DNA from: Candidatus Kapaibacteriota bacterium
Lineage (GTDB): Bacteria > Bacteroidota > Ignavibacteria > OLB7
Reading direction: 5' to 3'
Assembly: GCA_048594725.1 (NCBI GenBank)
Contig: JBMDXA010000199.1
Coordinates: forward strand, 159 to 64,158
Length of the DNA: 64,000 nucleotides
Shown: piece after piece, positions 40,778 to 49,068 of the stretch
Position numbering within the stretch: position 1 is the stretch's first letter
Layout: each line of letters starts with the position of its first letter
Position numbers and translations under genes: made by a program
The notes under the pieces: model-generated
Seen by the model: only the letters and a program-made list of their open reading frames with translations
What the model was told of the DNA's origin: nothing
Databases searched by the model: none

Positions 40778-40810
40778 GGGGGCGCCACTTCGGTGCCCCC
40801 GGCTTTTTTG
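40778..40810 (+). terminator. intrinsic terminator after purL
   Basis: GGGGGCGCC (40778-40786) pairs with GGTGCCCCC (40792-40800), followed by GGCTTTTTTG. Confidence 0.7.
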
Positions 40811-40812
40811 GG

Positions 40813-41060
40813 GATTTTCGATTTGCGATTTTGGATTTTCGATTGATGGAGAAGTCCGTCGTCAGTTGTCCGTGGCAGTTCCAGCCTGGCGCCATGATGC
40901 TCCGGATACTCCAGTACCAACAACGACTGACAACTGACAGCGGGCGCCGCCCGCGCACAGACCACGGACCTTTTCTCTGTGCCCGCGCACGGACCACGGA
41001 CTTTTTCCCTGTCACTGCTAACTACGGCCGCGGCAGGCGGCGGACTACTAACCAGTAACT
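40813..41060 (+). repeat. composite heptamer-word/hairpin element, homologous to 30950..31182
   Basis: The GATTTTCGATTTGCGATTTTGGATTTTCGATTG module (40813-40849) is near-identical to 30953-30989. The arm GTCAGTTGTC (40861-40870) pairs with GACAACTGAC (40929-40938). GC hairpins are at 40940-40954 (GCGGGCGCCGCCCGC) and 41025-41042 (CGGCCGCGGCAGGCGGCG). GACCACGGACC words occur at 40960 and 40988. Confidence 0.8.
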
Positions 41061-41069
41061 TCCATCCCC

Positions 41070-42938
41070 ATGTTCACGACGTTACGATCGAAGATTCTGT
41101 CGGGCTTTACGGCCCTGATCGCGATCAACGTCGCGTTCGGGCTGTGGTCGATCTATCAGTTCTCCACGGTGGGAGACTCCACCACCGATGCGATCGCCAC
41201 CAACTACGAGCTGATCTCCAACACGGTGCAGCTTGCGGCGCTGGTCGATCGCCAGGTGGATATGCTCCAGAGGATGTCCAATACCGCCACCCCGGACCCC
41301 TATATCGTACAGTTCGAGCAGCGTACCACCGAATTTCTGATCGGCCTTACCCGTGTGGCCCGCAACCGCGCCGCCGATGAAAAGAGCGCGGCACTCGGCA
41401 AGATCAGAACCGATTACGATCACTTTCTTCGCAATGCCCAGGTCTATCGCAATACGCTCACCGGGCGGCAGCGCGGGGATGCGCGCGAGATACTCTACCG
41501 CGATGTGCTCCCGGTTGCCAATGCGGTCAAGGAGAGCTGCTTCGGCATCCTCTACCAGAACCAGAACGAGATCGCCAGCATCCGTACCGACCTGCGGACC
41601 GAGCTGCGGCAGTCGCTGGTGCTTGTGGGGCTTGCCACGCTGGTCAGTACCATGCTCGGCGTGATCGGCGGAGGGTTCTATTCGCGCTGGGCCATCCGCC
41701 CCATCCAGCGGCTCACCCAGGCGGTGAAGAACCTTACCGGCGGCCGCTTCGGCGAGCGCATCCTCATCACCACCGCCGATGAACTGGGGGATCTCTCCTT
41801 CGAGTTCAACCGGATGATCGAGCGCCTGGGCCGCTACGAGGCGATGAATATCGAGCAGCTGCTTCTGGAGAAACGAAAGGTGGAGACGATCGTGCAGTCG
41901 ATCGCCACGCCGATCGTGGTGGCCGATGCGGAGATGCGCCTGCTGCTTATCAACAGCGCCGCGCTGGCACTGTTCCGCCTGCCGATCGAGGAGAAATACG
42001 AGGGACGCTACGTGGGGGATGTGATCGGCGATGAGGCCGTGCTCCACCCGCTCCGCCGCGCCCTTGCCGATGAGGAGCGCCCCGGCAGCTCCCCCGATAT
42101 CTACATGGTGCGGGAGGAGGGGGCCGAGCGGTTCTACGCGGTGGAGACTCTGGGTCTGGAGACCACCTCGGCGGTGAGCGGTGCGGTGATGGTGCTGAGC
42201 GATATCACCCACTTCAAGGAACTGGACCGCCTGAAATCGGATTTTCTCGCGAAGGTCTCCCACGAGTTCCGCACCCCTCTTTCATCCATCATCATGAGTC
42301 TGGACATCCTGCGCGAGGGGCTGCTGGGGGAATTGAACGAGCAGCAGCGCGACCTGCTCCTCTCCAGCAAGGACGATTGCCGCCGCCTCTCGAAGCTCAT
42401 CACCGAGCTTCTGGAGCTTTCCAGGATGGAGGCCAATACCCGCCAGCGCACCGTGGCCGGGATCGATCTGCCCGCCCTTGTCGATGCGGTGCTGCGTCCG
42501 CACAGGCTGCCGGCACGGGAGAAGGGGGTGGAGCTGAGAGAGGAGGTGGCCGAGGAGCTTCCGGTGGTCTGGGCCGATCCGGAGGAGATCCGCTGGCTCT
42601 TCAACAATCTGGTCAGCAACGCGCTGCGGCATACCGATTCCGGCGGCACCATCACCGTGCGCGTGGCGCTGGACGGGGAAGCGCTGGTGGCATCGGTGGA
42701 GGACGACGGGCATGGCATCCCGCTGGACAGCCTGAACAAGATCTTCGAGAAGTTCCATCAGGTCGGCTCGCCGGCCATCACCACCCCCGGCAGCGTGGGT
42801 CTCGGCCTTGCAATTGCCAGGGATGTGGTGGAAAGCTACGGGGGGCGCATCTCCGTGACCAGCGAGATCCACAAGGGCTCCTGCTTCACCGTACGGATTC
42901 CGGGTGCGCGCCTTGCCGCGCCGGGAGGAGAGGGGTGA
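41070..42938 (+). CDS. sensor histidine kinase (TM-sensor-TM-HAMP-PAS-like-HisKA-HATPase)
   Basis: It has the H-box FLAKVSHEFRTPLSSI, the N-box LVSNALRHT and the G-boxes DDGHGIP and GSVGLGLAIA, with two TM segments around a ~150-aa sensor region. Confidence 0.88.
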   Translation: MFTTLRSKILSGFTALIAINVAFGLWSIYQFSTVGDSTTDAIATNYELISNTVQLAALVDRQVDMLQRMSNTATPDPYIVQFEQRTTEFLIGLTRVARNRAADEKSAALGKIRTDYDHFLRNAQVYRNTLTGRQRGDAREILYRDVLPVANAVKESCFGILYQNQNEIASIRTDLRTELRQSLVLVGLATLVSTMLGVIGGGFYSRWAIRPIQRLTQAVKNLTGGRFGERILITTADELGDLSFEFNRMIERLGRYEAMNIEQLLLEKRKVETIVQSIATPIVVADAEMRLLLINSAALALFRLPIEEKYEGRYVGDVIGDEAVLHPLRRALADEERPGSSPDIYMVREEGAERFYAVETLGLETTSAVSGAVMVLSDITHFKELDRLKSDFLAKVSHEFRTPLSSIIMSLDILREGLLGELNEQQRDLLLSSKDDCRRLSKLITELLELSRMEANTRQRTVAGIDLPALVDAVLRPHRLPAREKGVELREEVAEELPVVWADPEEIRWLFNNLVSNALRHTDSGGTITVRVALDGEALVASVEDDGHGIPLDSLNKIFEKFHQVGSPAITTPGSVGLGLAIARDVVESYGGRISVTSEIHKGSCFTVRIPGARLAAPGGEG

Positions 42939-43269
42939 TTTTAGATTTTCGATTGGCCCCGGCGATTTACGATTGACGATTTACGAGGGAGCGGAGGCGA
43001 TTGACGATTTACGAGGGAGCGGAGGCGATTGACGATTTACGATTTTGGGAACGGGGATGATGATTTACGATTGACGATTTACGAGGGGATGTGTGTGGGG
43101 GGGACATGTACGTGGTATTTCGTATTTACTGGTGCTCCAGTGCGCTTCCGCTTCGTCAATCAACACTCGTCAATCGTAAATCCTGCTGTCCCGCTTCTTC
43201 CCTAAGAGCTAAGAACTAAGAACTAAGAGCTAAGAACTAAGAGCTAAGAACTAAGCACCAAGAACTAAG
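42937..43269. repeat. dense tandem/inverted heptamer repeat block filling the kinase-regulator spacer
   Basis: GATTTTAGATTTTCGATTGG (42937-42956) overlaps the kinase stop codon. A 28-bp unit, GATTGACGATTTACGAGGGAGCGGAGGC, is repeated about 2.5 times (42971-43040), with more GATTTAC/GATTGAC words to 43082. The inverted partner GTCAATCGTAAATC lies near 43168-43181. TAAGAGC/TAAGAAC heptamers x9.6 (43203-43269) end 11 nt before the ATG at 43281. Confidence 0.9.
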
Positions 43270-43280
43270 TATCCTCATCC

Positions 43281-44606
43281 ATGAATGTCCTGCTGGTTGA
43301 CGACGAACCGAACGTGCTGAAGACCCTCACCATCTGCCTGAAGTCGATGGGGCTGGAGGTGACCGCCTGCAAAAGCCCGCTGGAGGGACTGGATGTGATG
43401 CGGGAGCGCCCGTCGTTCGATCTGGCGTTCATCGATCTGAAGATGTACCCGATCGACGGGATCGAGCTGATGCTCCAGATCCAGCAGATGCAGCCGGACA
43501 TCACGGTGGTGATTATCACCGCGCATGGCACCGTGGGAACGGCGGTGGAGGCGATCAAGAAGGGGGCGTTCGATTATCTCCAGAAGCCGTTCGATCTGGA
43601 GGAGCTGCGGCGGTTCATCGAAAAGGCGCTCCGGTTCCATGAGCTGAAGCAGGAGAACCGGCAGCTTCGCAGCGAACTTGAGCGGGTACACGATACCGCC
43701 GGGGAGATCATCACCCGCAACCCCACCATGCTGGGACTGATAACGCTGGCCGAGCGTGTGGCCGATACGCCGCTGACGGTGCTGGTGGAGGGGGAGAGCG
43801 GCACCGGCAAGGAGTTGTTCGCCGGGTTGATCCATCGCAGGAGCGCCCGCTCGGCGAAGTCGTTCGTGCGGGTGAACTGTGCGGCGCTGCCGGAGAACCT
43901 GCTGGAGTCTGAACTGTTCGGCCATGCGAAAGGATCGTTCACCGGAGCGCACAAGGACCGTGTGGGGCGCTTCGAGCTGGCCGACAAGGGGACGATCTTT
44001 CTGGATGAGGTGGGGGAGCTTCCGTTGCAGCTTCAGGCAAAGCTTCTGAGGGTGTTGCAGAGCCACGAGTTCGAGCGTCTGGGCGAAAGCCGTACGCGGC
44101 AGGTGGACGTACGCGTGGTGGCCGCCACCAACCGCGATCTCGGCGCGGAGATCGCGGCCGGACGGTTCCGCGAGGATCTCTATTACAGGCTGAACGCGGT
44201 GCGGCTGAAGATCCCGCCGCTGCGCGAACGCAAGGAGGATATCCCCCTGCTGGCGCACTATTTCATCGGCAAGTATGCGCCGGAGAGGACGGGACTGAAA
44301 CTATCGGTGGAGGCGCTGGCGCTGATCTCCGAGCACGAGTGGAAGGGGAATGTGCGCGAGCTGGAAAATGTGATAAGCAGGGCGGTGTTTCTGGCGCGCG
44401 GCGACGAGATCACCGAGACGGAGCTGCCGGATGAATTTCTGGGCTACACCCGCACCAGCGTCCCGGCCTCGCAGACGCTGGAGGCGATGGAGCGCGACCA
44501 TATCGCCCGCGTGATCGCCGAGTCGAAGAGCTTCGAGGAGGCCGCACGAAAACTCGACATCGATTCGGCCACCCTCTGGCGCAAGCGGAGGAAATACAAC
44601 CTGTGA
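43281..44606 (+). CDS. sigma54-dependent response regulator (receiver-AAA+-Fis HTH; NtrC/AtoC family)
   Basis: It has the receiver domain VLLVDDEPN...DLAFIDLKMYPIDG, Walker A GESGTGKE, the GAFTGA-type loop GSFTGA, ESELFGH, and a C-terminal HTH AARKLDIDSATLWRKRRKY. Confidence 0.93.
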   Translation: MNVLLVDDEPNVLKTLTICLKSMGLEVTACKSPLEGLDVMRERPSFDLAFIDLKMYPIDGIELMLQIQQMQPDITVVIITAHGTVGTAVEAIKKGAFDYLQKPFDLEELRRFIEKALRFHELKQENRQLRSELERVHDTAGEIITRNPTMLGLITLAERVADTPLTVLVEGESGTGKELFAGLIHRRSARSAKSFVRVNCAALPENLLESELFGHAKGSFTGAHKDRVGRFELADKGTIFLDEVGELPLQLQAKLLRVLQSHEFERLGESRTRQVDVRVVAATNRDLGAEIAAGRFREDLYYRLNAVRLKIPPLRERKEDIPLLAHYFIGKYAPERTGLKLSVEALALISEHEWKGNVRELENVISRAVFLARGDEITETELPDEFLGYTRTSVPASQTLEAMERDHIARVIAESKSFEEAARKLDIDSATLWRKRRKYNL

Positions 44607-44669
44607 TAGAAGCCCAGGGGGGAGAGCAGCCCAGGATGCGGGCAGCCGGGAGTTACGGCCCCTGGGGCC

Positions 44670-44714
44670 GGGAAGTCCTGCGGCGGGAAATCCTATGGCG
44701 GGAAGTGCTGCGGC
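44670..44714. repeat. 15-bp x3 imperfect tandem repeat
   Basis: The units are GGGAAGTCCTGCGGC, GGGAAATCCTATGGC and GGGAAGTGCTGCGGC, lying 64 nt after the regulator stop. Confidence 0.7.
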
Positions 44715-44790
44715 AAGGAGACGGGAGGGAGGATGGCTAGGGGGTTGGCTATCATCCCTGCCAGCTATTACCTATCACTATCCATCCTTC

Positions 44791-44883
44791 CTACAGCACC
44801 TTTGCTAGCAGATACCAGGTTACCACCAGCGTCAATACGATGCCGCCGATGGCGAACATCCGTTCGAGATTGGGACGGAGCAT
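44791..44883 (-). CDS. possible 30-aa single-TM micropeptide (MLRPNLERMFAIGGIVLTLVVTWYLLAKVL)
   Basis: A short ORF below the track cutoff with a hydrophobic core. I saw no RBS or conservation evidence. Confidence 0.15.
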   Translation of the reverse strand: MLRPNLERMFAIGGIVLTLVVTWYLLAKVL

Positions 44884-45158
44884 AAGATGTACGATTTCGG
44901 ATTTACTATCGGCGATTCGGGGATAATCGGCGCCCGCGCACCCAGGATTCACGCATATTTGCGGCCTGAATAATTCTCAGGATATCATCATAATCCGGGA
45001 CACGGCATCCATATGTAATTCGCAAAAAAAAAGTCGTCATAATCCGCGACGGGCCATATAAAATTGCCTTATAAAATTCGCGAAGATTTCATGCTGCCCG
45101 CGCCGGATCGAATAAACAACGCCCGGCCCACGCGGCCAAGATTCGCGCATATTCGCGG

Positions 45159-45986
45159 TTAGTGGGAGTAGTTCGCCAGGTCATCCAGCGTTATCCTATG
45201 CACATGGCGCAGGGGATTGCTGAGGAAGCGGCTGCCGACCTCGACGAATTTATGAGGGAAATCGCTCAGATAATAATCATGGCGGGGGATCGAGCGCGAG
45301 CTGTTCAGCATTCCCATCTCCTGCAGGGTAGCGCGTGCCTGTTCGGCGGCGGCGATGCCGGGATCGACCAGGGTTACCCGGTCGCCGGCGATCTCCCTGA
45401 TGCTTGGTATCAGCAGTGGATAATGGGTGCAGCCCAGGATAAGGGTATCGATGGAGCGTGCCAGCAGGGGGGAGAGATATTCCCGGGCCATGATGAGGGT
45501 GGCCGGGTGGTGGGAGAGCCCTTCCTCGGCAAACCCCACGAACAGCGGGCACGCCTTTGCGATCACCTGGCTTCCGGGTGCCAGTGCCGTTATTGCATTC
45601 TGGTAGGAATCGGACCGGACCGTTCCCTCGGTGCCTATCACGCCGATGGTTCCGGAGCGTGTGGCCGCCACCGCCGCGCTGGCTCCCGGCTGGATCACCC
45701 CGATCACCGGCACCGACGAGACGCTCCGCACCTGCTCCAGCGCCACTGCCGAGGCGGTGTTGCAGGCGATGATAATCATCTTCACCCCGAGCGATTCCAG
45801 AAACCCGGCCGCCTCCAGCGAATAGCCGATCACGGTCTGGCTCGATTTGGAGCCGTAGGGTACCCTCGCGGTGTCGCCGAAATAGATCGTGTTCTCCTGC
45901 GGGAGCAGTTCCATCACCCGGCAGGCCACGGTAAGCCCGCCGATGCCTGAATCGAACAATCCGATCGGTTGAGATGCCTTCGTCAT
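45159..45986 (-). CDS. murI: glutamate racemase
   Basis: It has IGLFDSGIGGLTV, IIIACNTASA and LGCTHYPLL and is 275 aa from ATG 45986. The longer track ORF (to 46475) is an out-of-context extension across the cytochrome gene. Confidence 0.92.
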   Translation of the reverse strand: MTKASQPIGLFDSGIGGLTVACRVMELLPQENTIYFGDTARVPYGSKSSQTVIGYSLEAAGFLESLGVKMIIIACNTASAVALEQVRSVSSVPVIGVIQPGASAAVAATRSGTIGVIGTEGTVRSDSYQNAITALAPGSQVIAKACPLFVGFAEEGLSHHPATLIMAREYLSPLLARSIDTLILGCTHYPLLIPSIREIAGDRVTLVDPGIAAAEQARATLQEMGMLNSSRSIPRHDYYLSDFPHKFVEVGSRFLSNPLRHVHRITLDDLANYSH

Positions 45987-46591
45987 TTGCCCCGCAATTG
46001 AAGTACGGTGTCCGGCCGCGCGTCGCGATCGGCGGCCTGGGGAACCTGATGGCGGATCTTCTGCCATGCCGAATCCGCGTTGAACGGCTCGTGCTGGAAC
46101 GGGCAGTGGATCTCCGCGGTGGCCGGGTTTGCCGCATGACACTGCGAGCAATCCTGCAACGATCCCACCACGCCGGCATGGGCGGTGAACGCCTCGCGAT
46201 CCAGCATGGTGTTGTAATCGGAGTAGTTGGAGCCGGGCCCGTGGCAGCGCTCGCAGCCCACCCCCTCGGCGTTCAGCAACTGTTCCGGTTCGTTCTGCGC
46301 CGGACGTCCCAGCGTGCTGTGGCAGCCGATGCACGACTCGGTAGTGATGTTGTGGCTTGCCAGATACGCCTTCGCCGAATCCGATTCCAGCACGCTGTAG
46401 GCGGTGGCGTGGGGGCCGCTGGCCCAGATCTTGAACTGTGCTCCCAGGCTTGCCGCTTCGTGGCAGACACGGCATCGCTCGATACCCACATAGCGGGCTT
46501 CATCGCTGTTGTCTCCGGTGAAATACACGAAGAGAAACGCGACGATTGCGATCAGTGCGAGAAGGAAAACGTAGCTGAATCTGTTGAGCAT
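45983..46591 (-). CDS. membrane-anchored tetrahaem c-type cytochrome
   Basis: It has an N-terminal TM helix and four CxxCH motifs (CRVCH, CIGCH, CERCH, CSQCH). Its stop overlaps the murI start by 4 nt (ATGA). Confidence 0.8.
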   Translation of the reverse strand: MLNRFSYVFLLALIAIVAFLFVYFTGDNSDEARYVGIERCRVCHEAASLGAQFKIWASGPHATAYSVLESDSAKAYLASHNITTESCIGCHSTLGRPAQNEPEQLLNAEGVGCERCHGPGSNYSDYNTMLDREAFTAHAGVVGSLQDCSQCHAANPATAEIHCPFQHEPFNADSAWQKIRHQVPQAADRDARPDTVLQLRGK

Positions 46592-46659
46592 AATGTCTAT
46601 CGGGGCAAAGATATTGAAATCATTAAAGGGATTCGCTCAGGGCCGGGGGCTGTAACGAT

Positions 46660-46687
46660 TTGCACATTGTAGAGTGTGTAGTATATT
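46660..46687 (+). promoter_or_regulatory. candidate sigma70-type promoter upstream of the S1-domain gene
   Basis: TTGCAC (46660-46665), a 16-bp spacer, then TATATT (46682-46687). A GC hairpin, CCCCGCC...GGCGGGG, follows in the putative leader. Confidence 0.3.
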
Positions 46688-46797
46688 GCTCCCCCTTTCC
46701 TTGGGGGTAGCCCCGCCCGATCGCTTCGGCGGGGCTGATTTGCCGCACGAAAGGGTACGCGAATAACGTCAACGCACTCCAAAAAGATCTCGTAATC

Positions 46798-48900
46798 ATG
46801 ACGGAACCTGGTAACACCTTAGAGTCACAGCCAAACAGCAGCTCCGGCTCCGAGGAGATGGACAACACGGTAATGACCGCCGCCGCCAACACCGGGGGCA
46901 CCCAGCCAACGGAAGAATCCACTGCCGTGCCGGAATCGGCCGCACCCCAGAGCGGGGAGGCTACCGAGCCCGCGCAGGGATCACCCGATACTCCCGCAGC
47001 CGATGCTTCGGCCTCGCAGGATGCCGGCACCCAGCCGGAGGCTACCGAGCCGGCAACGGACGGGGCCCAGGCCGCCGGAAGCGATGCTGCTGCGGCCGGG
47101 GAGCAGGAAGCAGCAGCTTCGGCCGAGCCGCAGGCGGATGCTGAATCAGCGGCAGGTTCGGATGCCGGTGCCCAGGGTGAAGGGGCCGACGAGGGGGACG
47201 ACGCCTCCGGTGGCCGCCGCCGCTCCGGCCGGCAGTTGCCGAAGATGCCGGAAGAGCAGATGCGCGAGATCTGGAACGAGCTGGTTGCAAAAAAGAATGC
47301 AGGAGAGGAGATCGAGCTGGAAGTGATCTCCACCAACCGCGGAGGCGTCGTCGCTTCCTACAAGGGGGTGGAGGTGTTCATTCCGATCTCCCACTGGAGC
47401 CTCGACCGGCATAACACCGAGGGTGTGGCCGGCGTCGGCGCCGGTGATCCGGTCCAGGCGCATGTCCTGGAGATCACCAACTTCGATACCGATGCCCGCC
47501 GCGTGACCGCTACCCGCCGCACGCTGCTTCGCAAGGACCTGCTCACCTCGCTGGAGGTCGGCCAGCGCCTGAAGGGGCGCGTCGCGTCGATCCTCGACTT
47601 CGGCGCGTTCGTCGATCTCGGCGGCGTCGATGGTCTGGTGCACGCCTCGGAGATCAGCTACGATCGCACCCGCCGCCCGAGCGAACTGCTCAACAAGGGG
47701 GATGAGGTCGAGGTGGTGATCCGCGAGATCGACCGCGAGAAGAAGCGTATCTATCTCGGCATGAAGGAGCTTCAGGCTTCGCCGTGGGAAGGGGTCGAGG
47801 ACCGCTATCCCACCGGCACCATCCAGCATGGCCGCGTGGTCGGCATCGGCAAGAACGGCGCGTTCATCGAGCTGGAGCCGGGTCTGGAAGGGTTCGTGCG
47901 CGTCTCGGAGCTTTCCTGGACCAAGCGCGTCAACAACCCGAAGGAAATCCTCAAGAAGGGGATGGAGATCGATGTGAAGGTGCTCGATAGCTCCGCACGC
48001 AAGCAGCGCCTCAGCCTGAGCTTCCGCCAGGCGCAGGATGATCCGTGGCAGAGCCTGGCCCAGAAGTTCTCGGTTGGCACCAACTGGAACGGCGAGATCC
48101 GCGAGATCAGCAACAAGGGCGTCGTGATCGCTGTTGAAGAGGTGGAGGGCTTCCTGCCGCGCGGCCGCATGGGACGCGAGGCCAAGCGCCTGCCGGAGAT
48201 GAAGGTGGGCGAGAAGCTCGACGTCCATGTGATCGAGATCGAGCCGGGCTCGCATTCGCTCATCTTCGGCCTGCCGATGCCGGAAGGCGAAGGCGGCGGG
48301 TTCGAGCGCAATGAGCGTGGCGGCGGCGAGCGTGGTGATCGCGGCGGCGACCGTGGCGGCGAGCGCCGTGGCGGTGGCGGCGGCCGTGATCGTGGAGATC
48401 GCGGCGACCGTGGAGACCGCGGTGATCGCAACCGTCCGGTGGGTACCGTTACCCCGGTCAACGAGATGAAGAGCGCCGATACGGTCAGCAGCTTCGCTCT
48501 CGGCGATATGATCGGCGACGCCATCAAGAAGGCGCTCAACTACAAGGAGGAGCAGCCGAAGAAGGAGCAGCAGCCGAAGGCGGAGACGCCGAAGCCTGAA
48601 GCCCCGAAGCAGGATGCTCCCCAGCCGGCACCGCCGAAGCAGGAGGAGAACGGTGGCGAGAGCGGCCCTGCCGAGCAGGGAGGCGCCATCGCCAATCCGG
48701 GCACCGAGGCTCCGGCCGGGACCGAGGGTGCCGAGCCGGCCCAGACCTCCGATGCCGGCCAGGATGCCGGTGCCGGTGATGCTCCGGATGCCGGTGCTGC
48801 CAGCAGCGGCCCCGCCTCCGAAGGGGAGCAGACCTTCCCGACCTCCTTCGAGGGAGGCAACGAGGAGCGCGGCGGTTCCGATGCCGAGCGTCCCGTCTAA
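46798..48900 (+). CDS. S1 RNA-binding-domain protein (ribosomal protein S1-like, 4 S1 domains with disordered extensions)
   Basis: Four S1 folds are visible, for example GQRLKGRVASILDFGAFVDLGGVDGLVHASEIS and GTIQHGRVVGIGKNGAFIELEPGLEGFVRVSELS. It has an acidic Ala/Glu/Gln N-terminal ~150 aa, and a C-terminal RGG/GDR tract (GDRGGDRGGERRGGGGGRDRGDRGDRGDRGDR) plus a Pro/Lys/Glu-rich tail. Confidence 0.85.
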   Translation: MTEPGNTLESQPNSSSGSEEMDNTVMTAAANTGGTQPTEESTAVPESAAPQSGEATEPAQGSPDTPAADASASQDAGTQPEATEPATDGAQAAGSDAAAAGEQEAAASAEPQADAESAAGSDAGAQGEGADEGDDASGGRRRSGRQLPKMPEEQMREIWNELVAKKNAGEEIELEVISTNRGGVVASYKGVEVFIPISHWSLDRHNTEGVAGVGAGDPVQAHVLEITNFDTDARRVTATRRTLLRKDLLTSLEVGQRLKGRVASILDFGAFVDLGGVDGLVHASEISYDRTRRPSELLNKGDEVEVVIREIDREKKRIYLGMKELQASPWEGVEDRYPTGTIQHGRVVGIGKNGAFIELEPGLEGFVRVSELSWTKRVNNPKEILKKGMEIDVKVLDSSARKQRLSLSFRQAQDDPWQSLAQKFSVGTNWNGEIREISNKGVVIAVEEVEGFLPRGRMGREAKRLPEMKVGEKLDVHVIEIEPGSHSLIFGLPMPEGEGGGFERNERGGGERGDRGGDRGGERRGGGGGRDRGDRGDRGDRGDRNRPVGTVTPVNEMKSADTVSSFALGDMIGDAIKKALNYKEEQPKKEQQPKAETPKPEAPKQDAPQPAPPKQEENGGESGPAEQGGAIANPGTEAPAGTEGAEPAQTSDAGQDAGAGDAPDAGAASSGPASEGEQTFPTSFEGGNEERGGSDAERPV

Positions 48901-48932
48901 CCTCCGGTTGCGATAGAAGTTGAACAAACGAG

Positions 48933-48969
48933 CCGCGCTCCGGTGTACGCCGGAGCGCGGTTCTTCTTC
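48933..48969 (+). terminator. intrinsic terminator after the S1-domain gene
   Basis: CCGCGCTCCGG (48933-48943) pairs perfectly with CCGGAGCGCGG (48950-48960), followed by TTCTTCTTC. Confidence 0.6.
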
Positions 48970-48983
48970 GCGAGACATTTGTT

Positions 48984-49068
48984 GCCCGGATGGCGAAATG
49001 GCAGACGCATCAGACTTAAAATCTGAAGTCGCGTAAGCGACGTGCGGGTTCAAGTCCCGCTCCGGGTA
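48984..49068 (+). tRNA. tRNA-Leu (anticodon UAA)
   Basis: The cloverleaf was folded by hand. The acceptor is GCCCGGA/TCCGGGT and the anticodon stem TCAGA/TCTGA, with loop CTTAAAA (anticodon TAA). It has a long variable arm, GTCGCGTAAGCGAC, and a T arm GCGGG-TTCAAGT-CCCGC. Confidence 0.9.

Noticed and set aside
42971-43040. The 28-bp direct repeats were considered as a possible mini-CRISPR array
   Set aside because: The units are contiguous with no spacers, number only about 2.5, and are built from the same GATTGAC/GATTTAC heptamers as the surrounding tract. There are no cas genes in the window.
45987-46475. An N-terminal extension of the murI ORF to 438 aa
   Set aside because: The extension overlaps the tetrahaem cytochrome gene in another frame and is Arg/Gly/Pro-rich. 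MurI homology starts at MTKASQPIGLFDSGIGG (ATG 45986).
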